Source: a virus
Taxonomy: Duplodnaviria; Heunggongvirae; Uroviricota; Caudoviricetes
Length of the DNA stretch: 64,000 bases
IMG/VR virus record: IMGVR_UViG_3300016476_000468
Span: 103,913-167,912 of that record
Direction: 5' to 3' (one strand)
The notes under the pieces were generated by a model that saw only the letters and a list, made by a program, of their open reading frames with translations, did no database searches and was not told the DNA's origin. The position numbers and the translations under genes were made by a program. This document shows positions 48,706-58,493 of this stretch, piece after piece; the first letter of the stretch is position 1, and each line of letters begins with the position of its first letter.

Positions 48706-50086
48706 GCAACAGATTCTGAGCAGACTAATTTATGATGAGCACTATTGCCGAAAAGTAATTCCCTTTATTAAACGAGATTATTTTGCTGACAAGAAAGAGT
48801 CCGTCGTAGCTAGTATTGTCTCAGAGTTTTTCAACAAGTATAACAAACCTCTAACAAAAGAGATTCTTTCCATTGAGGTTGGCAACAGAAAAGATTTAAC
48901 CGATAAAGAATTGGCTGATGTCAATTCTTATATCGAAACTCTAACTGATGTTCCAGTCAATGAAGACTGGATGATGGAAAACACAGAGAAGTTTTGTAAG
49001 GATCGTGCAGTTTACAATGCGATCCTAGAATCAATCTCTATTATTGATGGTCGTAATAAGGTACATACTAAAGATGCTATTCCTCATATCTTATCTGATG
49101 CTCTTGCCGTGTCTTTTGATAGCCACATTGGTCACGACTACCTTGAAGACCACCAATCCCGCTATGAGTTCTACCATCGTGTCGAGGAGAAAATTCCTTT
49201 CGACTTGGAGATGTTTAACAAAATCACCAAAGGTGGACTGAGCAAGAAAACACTTAACATTGCACTGGCTGGTACTGGTGTTGGTAAGTCATTGTTTATG
49301 TGTCACGTTGGCGCTGGATGCCTGACCCAAGGTAAAAACGTCTTATACATAACAATGGAAATGGCAGAAGAACGTATCGCTGAACGTATCGACGCTAATC
49401 TGTTGAACCTGACTATGGATGAGTTGAAGGTTATTGACAAAGACATTTACGAGAGTCGTATTAGTAAAATTACTAAAAAGACTCAGGGTAAGTTGATTGT
49501 CAAAGAATATCCTACAGCTGGCGCTCACGCTGGTCATTTCCGTGCGTTGCTTGAGGAATTGAAACTCAAGCGAGAGTTTATTCCTGACATCATCTTCATC
49601 GACTACTTGAACATCTGTGCAAGTCAACGTATGAAGCAAGGTGGCTCTGTAAACTCTTATACATATGTTAAGGCAATCGCAGAAGAGTTGCGTGGTTTGG
49701 CAGTTGAGTTTAATGTTCCAATCGTATCAGCTACCCAAACTACCAGATCTGGATATACGAATTCAGATCCAGGATTGGAAGATACCTCAGAATCTTTTGG
49801 TCTGCCTGCGACAGCTGACTTTATGTTTGCATTGGTTAGCAACGAAGAACTGGAAGCATTGAATCAAATCATTGTCAAGCAATTGAAAAACAGGTATAAT
49901 GATCCTAGTTACTTCAAGAGATTCGTTGTTGGTATTGATAGATCTAAAATGAAGTTATATGATGTAGAGGCTTCTGCTCAAGTTGGCTTGGCAGATTCTG
50001 GACAAGATGATGGACCAGTTTTTGATAAGAGTGATTTTGGTAAGAGAGCTAAAGCTGAGGGAAGTTTTGACGGTTGGAAGTTCTAA
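48695..50086 (+). CDS. gp41: replicative DNA helicase gp41 (DnaB family)
   Basis: MRIEQQILSRLIYDEHYCRKV vs T4 MVEIILSHLIFDQAYFSKV; Walker A AGTGVGKS; GLPATADFMFALV. Confidence 0.9.
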   Translation: MRIEQQILSRLIYDEHYCRKVIPFIKRDYFADKKESVVASIVSEFFNKYNKPLTKEILSIEVGNRKDLTDKELADVNSYIETLTDVPVNEDWMMENTEKFCKDRAVYNAILESISIIDGRNKVHTKDAIPHILSDALAVSFDSHIGHDYLEDHQSRYEFYHRVEEKIPFDLEMFNKITKGGLSKKTLNIALAGTGVGKSLFMCHVGAGCLTQGKNVLYITMEMAEERIAERIDANLLNLTMDELKVIDKDIYESRISKITKKTQGKLIVKEYPTAGAHAGHFRALLEELKLKREFIPDIIFIDYLNICASQRMKQGGSVNSYTYVKAIAEELRGLAVEFNVPIVSATQTTRSGYTNSDPGLEDTSESFGLPATADFMFALVSNEELEALNQIIVKQLKNRYNDPSYFKRFVVGIDRSKMKLYDVEASAQVGLADSGQDDGPVFDKSDFGKRAKAEGSFDGWKF

Positions 50087-50096
50087 GGAGATATAA

Positions 50097-51461
50097 ATGG
50101 TTAAGGTAATTGTGGCAAAACAAAAATATGACGCATCACATCTGCTGGGTCAGTTTGTGGATGAGCGCCACTACGACATTCTCGTTGAAGAGGATTGCGA
50201 CGTCTATGCACCACCAGATTGCGATCTGGGCACCCAAGCTGAATGCAGCACGGACTGTGGTTCTTGCGACAAGGGTATGGATGAGCGCAAGATTATTTTC
50301 AAGTTCCGTAAAAACTTCTTCAGCAAAGAAGAGCAAGATGCTGCATACCTTGGTCTAAGAGAAGCTGCAGTTGAAACTCAGAACCGTGGTATTGCTGCTG
50401 GTCCACGTGGCGAAAAGCTAGGTAATCGTGAGTGGGTTACTGACTATGAATACGACATCATTGACTTCTTCTCTAATCCCAAAGCTAACATTATGGGCAC
50501 TGATCCAGTCGATGAGATTAAAGCTGCTCACGCTGGTAAGCAAAGTCAACCATCTAATAAGAACAATGTTTGGAGTATTCAGGCTGTTAAGAAAGACAAC
50601 TTTGTTTTCGAAGACTGGGTTGAACGAACACGCAAACTGATGCCTGAAGAACAAAAGGCTGAAGCAAAGCGTGTTGTGCAAAAGTATGTTTGTTCTACAA
50701 CTTACGCCAATGGTGTTTTCTCTGGTATCGCTGGTTGGTTTGATCGTTATCCACGTATTCCTTATGGTCGTGCGACATCTTACACTGAGCGCAACCCAGA
50801 GAAGTTTGCGATGGCTTTCCCATTCCTACAAACTCTGGCTGCAGGTTTCAAAGAGTTGCTTCCTTGGAGATACAACAACCAGATGGAAGCAGCAAAGAAG
50901 ATTGACCCACGCTTCTTGGTTCCTGGAACTCCGTTCACTACTATTACTGTGAACAAGACATTCCGTACTGCTGCTCACTACGATGCAGGTGACTTGAACG
51001 AGGGGCTTTCTAACTTGTTGGTTCTGTCTAACAACGGTAACTACAAAGGTGGTTATTTGATTGCTCCAGAGTATCGTGTTGCTGTCAATGTCCGTCCAGG
51101 TGACTTGCTGTTGATTAACAACCACGAAGTTATGCACGGTAATACTCCAATCGAACTTCTTGACGAAACTGCAGAGCGTATCTCTCTGGTTTGCTACTTC
51201 CGTGAGAATATGCTAACTCTAGGTAGCAAAGAGTATGAAGACTGCCGTTACGAATTCGTTGAATCTCGTCGTCTGAACAAAGAACATCCAGGTCACAAGA
51301 ACGAGGATGGTTCTGAGCGTCACCTGTGGAATGGTGTTTCACAAGGTATGTGGACTTCTCAAGAATGGTATGACTTCTGCGAAGATAAACTTGGTCACGA
51401 TGAATTGGTCAAGTATCATCCAGAAGCTGTTAAATCTACGATTGAAGATTTCTTCGGATGA
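50097..51461 (+). CDS. large 2OG-Fe(II) dioxygenase-like protein (HxD...H), Cys-rich N-terminus; candidate nucleic-acid base oxygenase
   Basis: AAHYDAGD ... NNHEVMHG spacing ~60 aa; cluster context. Confidence 0.4.
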   Translation: MVKVIVAKQKYDASHLLGQFVDERHYDILVEEDCDVYAPPDCDLGTQAECSTDCGSCDKGMDERKIIFKFRKNFFSKEEQDAAYLGLREAAVETQNRGIAAGPRGEKLGNREWVTDYEYDIIDFFSNPKANIMGTDPVDEIKAAHAGKQSQPSNKNNVWSIQAVKKDNFVFEDWVERTRKLMPEEQKAEAKRVVQKYVCSTTYANGVFSGIAGWFDRYPRIPYGRATSYTERNPEKFAMAFPFLQTLAAGFKELLPWRYNNQMEAAKKIDPRFLVPGTPFTTITVNKTFRTAAHYDAGDLNEGLSNLLVLSNNGNYKGGYLIAPEYRVAVNVRPGDLLLINNHEVMHGNTPIELLDETAERISLVCYFRENMLTLGSKEYEDCRYEFVESRRLNKEHPGHKNEDGSERHLWNGVSQGMWTSQEWYDFCEDKLGHDELVKYHPEAVKSTIEDFFG

Positions 51462-52054
51462 TTTTAGAAGTATTCGCAGAGCCGATCTATAAAGGTGAGA
51501 TGGTTTTCTCTGAGAGAGAACTATCTTACTTTCGCACAGTTAGGCAAAGGGGTGACTACAAAAACACCTATGGTAACTACACATCTAATGACAGCTTTGT
51601 TTTAGAAAACGAAGAACTGGTTGATGTAAAGGCTAGAGTGCATCAACATCTGGATTATTATCTTAAGAATATCATAGGCGCTGCTAACGTTAGTCTGCAG
51701 GTCACACAGTCTTGGTTAAACTTCAATGACTACAATTCTTCACACCATACACACATTCACGTTAACAGTATTGTCAGTGGAGTGATTTATACTACTCCAG
51801 ATCCTGCGTCATTGGTTGTTTTTAGAAAACAGGATTATTTCCCTCTAAGACCGATGATAACTATTATGACAGAGTATAATAATCCGATGAAAGTTATCCC
51901 AGTCAAACAAGGTGATATTGTTTTGTTCTCTTCTCAACTACCACACGGTGTTCAAGCGAACCAAACAAACAAAACCAGAACATCATTGGCGTTTAATACC
52001 TTCTACAAAGGTACGCTTGGAAGTGAAAAGAATTTAACCTACTTGGAGCTATAA
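51458..52054 (+). CDS. 2OG-Fe(II) oxygenase (paralogue of 45348..45947)
   Basis: HTHIH...LPHGV; paralogy. Confidence 0.65.
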   Translation: MILEVFAEPIYKGEMVFSERELSYFRTVRQRGDYKNTYGNYTSNDSFVLENEELVDVKARVHQHLDYYLKNIIGAANVSLQVTQSWLNFNDYNSSHHTHIHVNSIVSGVIYTTPDPASLVVFRKQDYFPLRPMITIMTEYNNPMKVIPVKQGDIVLFSSQLPHGVQANQTNKTRTSLAFNTFYKGTLGSEKNLTYLEL

Positions 52055-52770
52055 TGTGTGCAGTAATCGGGGCTATCATTCAACAGCCCGCACGTGATGA
52101 CTTTGAAATGATCAAGCGAGTATTCCACGAGTCACGTATTCGTGGTCTTCACGCCACAGGTATTTCGTTCCTACCTAAGTGGTCTAGTGGTATCGAGAAC
52201 ATTAAAGAGCCGATCCCAGCGGATCAGTTTATTCAGAAGTTTATGCACAACGACAATCTAGCCGATATGGTTGCCGATGATGGAAACCTTTACCTAATTG
52301 GTCACTGTCGTTACAGCACTTCAGATTTAGAATACAACCAGCCAATCTGGAACAACTATATGAGCGTGGTGCACAATGGTGTTATCACTCAAGAACTGCC
52401 AGAGAACTGGGAGCAGTTGTATGGTTACAAGTGTGATGGTAAGAATGATACCGAGTTGCTACTGCATACATTTGCAGCTGATAAGTCTCCGCTAGTAGAG
52501 TGGAAAGATTCCTCTCTTGCAGTTTGTGTTCTTGATAGAAACCGTACACTAACTGCATTCCGAAATGGCAAGCGACCATTATATTTGACAAATCTTGAAA
52601 ATGGTTGTATAATTACTTCTACTGCTGATGTTATTAAACGTGCAGGTATTGAGGAAGAACCATATCTAATCAATATGAATATGTACTGCGTTTTCGACGG
52701 AGACCTAACCATGTCTATCGAAAACGTAGAAATCGAAGGTGCGGTGGATCTACAAGATGCTATTTGTTAA
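52054..52770 (+). CDS. stand-alone class-II (Ntn) glutamine amidotransferase domain
   Basis: N-terminal MCAVIGAI (Cys2 nucleophile), LIGHCRYSTSD, VVHNGVITQ as in PurF/AsnB/GlmS GATase domains. Confidence 0.65.
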   Translation: MCAVIGAIIQQPARDDFEMIKRVFHESRIRGLHATGISFLPKWSSGIENIKEPIPADQFIQKFMHNDNLADMVADDGNLYLIGHCRYSTSDLEYNQPIWNNYMSVVHNGVITQELPENWEQLYGYKCDGKNDTELLLHTFAADKSPLVEWKDSSLAVCVLDRNRTLTAFRNGKRPLYLTNLENGCIITSTADVIKRAGIEEEPYLINMNMYCVFDGDLTMSIENVEIEGAVDLQDAIC

Positions 52771-53398
52771 CTCAACTAAAGTCGAACAACTAATCAAAGA
52801 TAGTCCAGCTGGTAAGAATACCAAGTTCTTATCGGCTGCACATTCGTTGTGGTTTCGTTTTAAGAACTATGAAAAGTGTCCACCGATGGCACTAGAAGAT
52901 AATGGTGAAGTTGTTTGCTTAATCTTCGCAACATTTAATCGAGATGGTTACGCCAATCTCTACGAAATTGTCACACTAGAAGGAAAAGAAGGAAAGGGAT
53001 ATGCGTCAAAGTGCTGGGACGCATGGATTGATTATGCGGTCAAAGAGAGAAATACTAAGCGACTTAAGATATCATGTACACCATCTTCGGTCACATGGCA
53101 TTACAGAAATGGTCTCATCTTCTGGGCAGTTGACCCCACAGGCTCGCTACGTTCTGACCAGCCTCTTTACGCCACACGTGCAGAACAGATCGCATTTAGA
53201 GACTTCGCTACAGTTAGCCCAAAGCAAGCTCTACCGCCACCGAAAGTTAGAGAGCAGTTTAGGAAAGAAGGCTTAGAACATTACGACTGGGGTGATAAAA
53301 AGAAAGCCAAAACGCAAGCAGCAATCACTGCAGTTGGCAATGCTTGGTTGCGTGACGCACTACTTGATGAACCTTCCCTTGAAGAATTTTTAGCATAA
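52757..53398 (+). CDS. GNAT-like acetyltransferase-fold protein (tentative)
   Basis: LYEIVTLEGKEGKGYASK resembles GNAT motif A (RxxGxG). Confidence 0.3.
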   Translation: MLFVNSTKVEQLIKDSPAGKNTKFLSAAHSLWFRFKNYEKCPPMALEDNGEVVCLIFATFNRDGYANLYEIVTLEGKEGKGYASKCWDAWIDYAVKERNTKRLKISCTPSSVTWHYRNGLIFWAVDPTGSLRSDQPLYATRAEQIAFRDFATVSPKQALPPPKVREQFRKEGLEHYDWGDKKKAKTQAAITAVGNAWLRDALLDEPSLEEFLA

Positions 53399-54417
53399 TG
53401 GATTATCGACTAAAAGAAAACCGCAGAGAAGCGTTCATTCGTTGGTATGCTTGGTCTCTGAAGTATGATGACTGCGATCCAGCAGTTTGGGCAACCAATT
53501 ACCTACACAACCGTTACAGCCACAACGATGAAGAGCGTATTTGGTTTGCTTGGTTGTATGGTAATACGTATCAGTTGCCAACTGCATGGGTGTTGAAGAA
53601 CGAATTCCCAGATTACGAACTAGCAACTGTAGATCGCATCACTCAGTGGAATACTACTAACTATAAACGACTACGTTACCAAACAGATACGAAGTGGAAC
53701 AAGGGACATCTTCCTGCTATGTTCGCCTCTTATCAAAAATTTATCGGCGACAAAACACAACGTGAAGCAATGGAGAATTACTATGGATCCACTGACGAGG
53801 AGAACTTTGACAATCTGTGGGCAGTCATTAAAGATAGCTTGCATAAGTTTGGTCGTTATTCCACTTGGTTCTATCTTCAGCATCTTAAGCATACTGCTGG
53901 CATCCGTATTAATCCTACTTCTCTCATGCTTAGTGATTATGATGGTTCCCGTTCTCATCGTAATGGATTACTTCTTGCCCTTGGCAGGGATGACGATTAT
54001 GATAGAAAACTTACTGGAGCAGATTATTCGAACTTGGAATCACAGGCTAGCGAGATTCTATGCGAAACGCAGGAGAGATTTCCACAACTAGCAAACCATG
54101 TTGACTTCTTTACGATGGAAACCTGCTTGTGTTCGTTCAAGAAAATCTTTCGTGAAAAGCATGGTCGATATCTTGGTTACTATCTGGATCGTCAGGCTGA
54201 AGAAATCATTCAAGCTGAGAAAGATGGTTGGTACGGAATTGAGTGGCAGGTTATGTGGGATGCTAGAAATGAAACCATTGACCTAAGACTTGACGACAAA
54301 CGCGGTATCAATAAAGAAAGATTCTCTAACTTTGTTCGTACTGGTAAACTTGAAAATTTAGAATGGATGTTCGAAGACGAAGAACCTGTTCTAACTGGAT
54401 TAGAAGCATTCGCTTAA
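53398..54417 (+). CDS. hypothetical protein; candidate base-modification transferase (no family assignable from sequence alone)
   Basis: Conserved position between GATase/GNAT and P-loop kinase. Confidence 0.3.
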   Translation: MDYRLKENRREAFIRWYAWSLKYDDCDPAVWATNYLHNRYSHNDEERIWFAWLYGNTYQLPTAWVLKNEFPDYELATVDRITQWNTTNYKRLRYQTDTKWNKGHLPAMFASYQKFIGDKTQREAMENYYGSTDEENFDNLWAVIKDSLHKFGRYSTWFYLQHLKHTAGIRINPTSLMLSDYDGSRSHRNGLLLALGRDDDYDRKLTGADYSNLESQASEILCETQERFPQLANHVDFFTMETCLCSFKKIFREKHGRYLGYYLDRQAEEIIQAEKDGWYGIEWQVMWDARNETIDLRLDDKRGINKERFSNFVRTGKLENLEWMFEDEEPVLTGLEAFA

Positions 54418-54427
54418 AGGAAATAGT

Positions 54428-55036
54428 ATGTCATTTGTTGATAAATTAGGCGTTCAAGATCAGATTAGCGTACAGCTTATCAAGAACACCTTGAAGACTC
54501 GTAAGATCATCGCCGTTGGTGGGCAACCTGGAACTGGTAAGACTACCTTGTTCCGTAAGTATATGGAAGGTAAAGACTGGATCGTTGGTGAGCCTGCCAA
54601 GCTGGTCTCTGCTTCCTATAATCCAGATCGTGACCTATACATCCTAGGCAAGTACGAGGAAGGCGAAACCTTTGCAGGAACAGATCGCCTCTCGATGGCG
54701 GTCCAACCTCCCTTGCAGGAATGGATCGCTTCCCATAATTGCAACATTCTTTTCGAGGGCGACCGAGTCTTCAACCAGTCTTTCTTGGAGTTCTGTATGG
54801 GTCTACCCAATACCGAACTGCAAGTGGTTTATCTCAAGGCTCCAAAGGAACTACTAGAGCAGCGTTATAAGGAGCGAGGCTCTGATCAGTCTGAGCAATT
54901 CCTAAGAGGGCGGGAGACTAAATATAGTAATCTACTATCTAACTTTGAATTAATGCCGTATATTACTGAGTTTGCAAACACTAATTTAGAGGAGCAAGCG
55001 AAAGTCCTAGCTTTCTTGGATAAACATCTGGGTTGA
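54428..55036 (+). CDS. P-loop nucleoside/nucleotide-kinase-like protein (candidate DNA base kinase)
   Basis: Walker A GGQPGTGKTT; ~200 aa kinase-like; not similar to recalled T4 dNMP kinase gp1. Confidence 0.45.
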   Translation: MSFVDKLGVQDQISVQLIKNTLKTRKIIAVGGQPGTGKTTLFRKYMEGKDWIVGEPAKLVSASYNPDRDLYILGKYEEGETFAGTDRLSMAVQPPLQEWIASHNCNILFEGDRVFNQSFLEFCMGLPNTELQVVYLKAPKELLEQRYKERGSDQSEQFLRGRETKYSNLLSNFELMPYITEFANTNLEEQAKVLAFLDKHLG

Positions 55037-55058
55037 GGTTAGGGCTTTCTAGGGAGCT

Positions 55059-55757
55059 ATGAATTTCCTAGAGAAGGCTAATTTCGACTGGATGGAAATG
55101 CTCAACTTCTATGAGCGTCCATTTAGAGCTAAACTCATCCCCGCAAAAGTTTGGAGAGACTTAGACGAGTACAGAAATGACTCGACTGGTCTCTCCAATT
55201 ATTTTAAGAAGTGGCGAACTAAGATAGAGTTCCGCCCACCACCAAAGAAGTCAGAAGTCTGGAATAAGTACGTAGCAGTTGGTGGAGAATATGCACCAGA
55301 TGAACGACAATGTAGTATCCAGATCTACACTCTGAACTTTGACAAGCACGTATTCTGTCAAAAGACTTGGGAAAAATTCAAGTATCGTCTGATGCAGACG
55401 CTGATGCATGAACTAATACACTTTATGCAATACGATCGTCGCTATGACGAATCTAGCAGTTACATAGTTCCATACAAGCGAGTCGGACACAGTAGAAAGG
55501 ATGCTGAGCGCAGATACCTATCTGAATTCGACGAGATTCAAGCGTATGCACACTGCGTATACCTAGACTTCAAGATGAAGAGACCGAACGTTCCTGTGGG
55601 TGTACTTCTTAATCGTTGTAAAAACCGTCGAGACTCTTCAACACTGCATTATTTCCTAAAGACGTTTGACTACGACTTCAAGAATAATATCTCCCCTCAG
55701 AAAATCATCCAGCAGATCAACAAGTGGGATAGAAAGTATTCAAGACACTTGAACTAA
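55059..55757 (+). CDS. hypothetical protein with HExxH (MHELIHFM) metallopeptidase-like motif
   Basis: Motif only. Confidence 0.3.
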   Translation: MNFLEKANFDWMEMLNFYERPFRAKLIPAKVWRDLDEYRNDSTGLSNYFKKWRTKIEFRPPPKKSEVWNKYVAVGGEYAPDERQCSIQIYTLNFDKHVFCQKTWEKFKYRLMQTLMHELIHFMQYDRRYDESSSYIVPYKRVGHSRKDAERRYLSEFDEIQAYAHCVYLDFKMKRPNVPVGVLLNRCKNRRDSSTLHYFLKTFDYDFKNNISPQKIIQQINKWDRKYSRHLN

Positions 55758-55785
55758 ATAGTTAGTTCTGTATAATAAACTAACT

Positions 55786-57162
55786 ATGGCAAATTACGAC
55801 TACGGGAAAATGGCTGATACAGCCAAGCTGATCGAAGCCCATTTTAAAAAGAAGGGTATTGGTGTAGCGATCAAAACATCTCGTTACCAGACCCAAATCA
55901 AAGCAGTTGAAGTTGCTTATCCAGACAGTTTAGATAAACTGTTGAAATTGGCAGGATTAATAGCAACCATATCAGACTTGACACCAACAGAAGAAAAGTC
56001 TATCTCTGGTAAGTATAAAGCCAAACTTATAAAAATTACAACTGCTTCTGGTGGTGCCAAAAAGGGTGACATCTTTTTCTTGGTGAATACCTATACAGAA
56101 AAGGGTACTCTTAAGACTAAAGACTTAGCTCCAGATAAACTAGGGTTGACCACGGCTAGTGGATACACTTCTCTTTCTGCATTTGATAAAGCAGTTTATG
56201 ATGGTATTGAAAAACTCAAAGTCGGTTCTGAAATTAAGACAGCGTTGGTTCAGTTGTATAAATCTGTAGCAGAAAACAAAACTAAAACTGACAGTGTGCC
56301 TATGAATGCCGCAGCTAAGAAAGCTATGGCTGCAGTGAAGCCTCAAGACAAACAAGCAATAGGTAAGGATTTTGGTGAGATCCTTTCTCTTCGTTGGTAT
56401 CTAACTCAACCACACGGCGCAGGATGGACTAAGTTTGGTTTCTCTGTAATCAGTAACGAAGCCTTGATTGACTTTTACGTTGACCGTAAAGTAGGAAACA
56501 AAACTATCCGTTCTGATGTATCTGCCAAGTTCGAAGCTGGGGCTGCTCCATCCATTGGCGCGATCGTAGAAAATCTGGACAAAGTGTATAAGACCCCCAA
56601 AGCAGAAGAGCTAAAGGCGATTAATGTTCTTAAGGCTCTTGCGGGCAAAGACGATAACACTTCTACTAAGATTCTTAAAGCATTCGAGACTCTTAAACTA
56701 CCTGCTTACAACAAACTAAAGTCTATTGTAGGTAAGCAAAACTTCACCATCTTAGACGTTTCTACCTCTATTCAAAAGATCGCAACTGCTAGTAAAACTC
56801 CAGCTAATCGTTTGAAGATGTTCCAGACTGAGTATGGTCCAATCTACGAAGAACTAGGCAAGACTGCTTCCAAGGACTCTCTGGATATCGTTTTTGCTGG
56901 GGCTACATACAAGAAATACTACTCTCTAGTTTTGGCTCCTATGGGGTATGCTCTTGTTGACTATATGAACAAGAACAAGATCTACCAAGAGATACTAAAC
57001 AATATCAGTCGAGAGATGAAGACCGAGCAGGTCTACCTAAACTTCACTGGAGATAAGCTAAGTTTCGAGAAGAAGCTATTCTCTAATGCTGAGTTTAAGT
57101 TCGCTTACGGAGCGAATGCCAAGGACTCTGATAATACAGGTATCAAGTTCTCTATGAAATAA
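55786..57162 (+). CDS. hypothetical protein (458 aa)
   Basis: ORF preceded by TGTATAAT box flanked by inverted repeat AGTTAGTT/AACTAACT. Confidence 0.45.
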   Translation: MANYDYGKMADTAKLIEAHFKKKGIGVAIKTSRYQTQIKAVEVAYPDSLDKLLKLAGLIATISDLTPTEEKSISGKYKAKLIKITTASGGAKKGDIFFLVNTYTEKGTLKTKDLAPDKLGLTTASGYTSLSAFDKAVYDGIEKLKVGSEIKTALVQLYKSVAENKTKTDSVPMNAAAKKAMAAVKPQDKQAIGKDFGEILSLRWYLTQPHGAGWTKFGFSVISNEALIDFYVDRKVGNKTIRSDVSAKFEAGAAPSIGAIVENLDKVYKTPKAEELKAINVLKALAGKDDNTSTKILKAFETLKLPAYNKLKSIVGKQNFTILDVSTSIQKIATASKTPANRLKMFQTEYGPIYEELGKTASKDSLDIVFAGATYKKYYSLVLAPMGYALVDYMNKNKIYQEILNNISREMKTEQVYLNFTGDKLSFEKKLFSNAEFKFAYGANAKDSDNTGIKFSMK

Positions 57163-57207
57163 GACTGTTCCTAAATAATTACATAATTACTTTATAGATG
57201 GATTCCA

Positions 57208-58056
57208 ATGAAAGATTACAAACAACTCTTAAGAGAATTACCGTCCAGAACCGTCGTTTTAGCTTGTGGGAGATTTAACCCTCCTACATTAGCCCACGAA
57301 ATGTTGGTTAAGACAGTCAAAAAACTGGCTGAGTCTAAAAACGCAGACCACGTAATCTATGCATCCAATATAAGCGATGCTAAAAAGAATCCATTAGTAG
57401 TAGAAAAGAAACTTCAGTATATTGAACTGGTGTTTCCTAAGACCAACTTTGTAGAGTCTGGGGATAATATCGGCGATGTTATCAAGAAATTGAAGGAGAG
57501 TTATAAGAATATTATCGTTGTTACTAGCGGCGACAAAGTTCAATCATTGAAAAAGTATATGGTTGAAACTGTTTCAATTGGTGACAAGGATCCTGATAGC
57601 GAAGACTCTGTCAGAAGTCTGGCAGCAAAAGGTTTATACGAAGAGTTTAAGAAGAATCTTCCTACCTCTATCCGTGACCTTGACAGTCGTCGCTTGATGA
57701 ATGACATTCGTATTGGTTCTGGTTTAGAACCAATCAAAGAACAAATTAACTTGGTGAAAGACGACTTGAGAGAACAATACTTTAGAGGTGAGATCTTCAA
57801 TGTAGGCGACATCGTTGAGAACGGTGGTGTTGAGTATGAGATCGTAAAGCGTGGGTCAAATCATTTGCTTTTGAAAGACGAAGCAGGTAAACTTGTCTCT
57901 AAGTGGATCCAGGAAGTCAAACAAGTAAAAAAGTCTAAGTTTAAATTTAAAGATGGTCAGAAAGCAATTCCAGCTGAGCATGGCACAACGCCTCTTAGTG
58001 GTAAACCATTCGATCCATTTTTCAAAGAGTCATTTAAAGAGTGGAGAAACAAGTAA
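57208..58056 (+). CDS. CTS-bearing predicted internal head protein; HIGH-superfamily nucleotidyltransferase-like (GRFNPPTLAHE)
   Basis: N-terminus MKDYKQLLRE ~ T4 CTS MKTYQEFIAE; paralogue of 60841. Confidence 0.45.
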   Translation: MKDYKQLLRELPSRTVVLACGRFNPPTLAHEMLVKTVKKLAESKNADHVIYASNISDAKKNPLVVEKKLQYIELVFPKTNFVESGDNIGDVIKKLKESYKNIIVVTSGDKVQSLKKYMVETVSIGDKDPDSEDSVRSLAAKGLYEEFKKNLPTSIRDLDSRRLMNDIRIGSGLEPIKEQINLVKDDLREQYFRGEIFNVGDIVENGGVEYEIVKRGSNHLLLKDEAGKLVSKWIQEVKQVKKSKFKFKDGQKAIPAEHGTTPLSGKPFDPFFKESFKEWRNK

Positions 58057-58493
58057 TGGATGAATTAGTGACATCTCTTAGAATTGCGCTTGCGAATACA
58101 TTTGTGATGTATTTCAAAGTGCATCAGTTTCATTGGAACGTAGAAGGTGATGACTTCCCTCAATGGCATGGTTTCTTAGGAGACCTGTATGAAGATGTTT
58201 ATGGTGCTGTTGACCCACTTGCTGAAAACATTCGTAAGTTGGATGCATATGCTCCACGTAGCTTAGAAGAGATGTGGAATCATAAAACTATCGCCGAATC
58301 TACTGGCGATGTTAAAGACATTAAGTCTATTCTAAATGAAATTCAAAAAGCTAACCTAGAAGTTCTTGCAAGTCTCAAGAAGGCTTACGATCTAGGTGAA
58401 GAAAATAAAACCTACGGCTTGTGCAATTTCTTGGCAGATCGTATTGATACGCACGAGAAGCACAGCTGGATGTTAAAGGCGTCAATGAAATGA
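58056..58493 (+). CDS. dps: Dps / ferritin-like protein
   Basis: ALANTFVMYFKVHQFHWNVEGDDFPQWHGFLGDLYEDV four-helix ferritin-like signature typical of Dps. Confidence 0.65.
   Translation: MDELVTSLRIALANTFVMYFKVHQFHWNVEGDDFPQWHGFLGDLYEDVYGAVDPLAENIRKLDAYAPRSLEEMWNHKTIAESTGDVKDIKSILNEIQKANLEVLASLKKAYDLGEENKTYGLCNFLADRIDTHEKHSWMLKASMK

Noticed and set aside
53398-54417. Calling this ORF DNA primase gp61
   Set aside because: No zinc-ribbon CxxC...CxxC motif or TOPRIM motifs. Left as an unassigned candidate modification enzyme.
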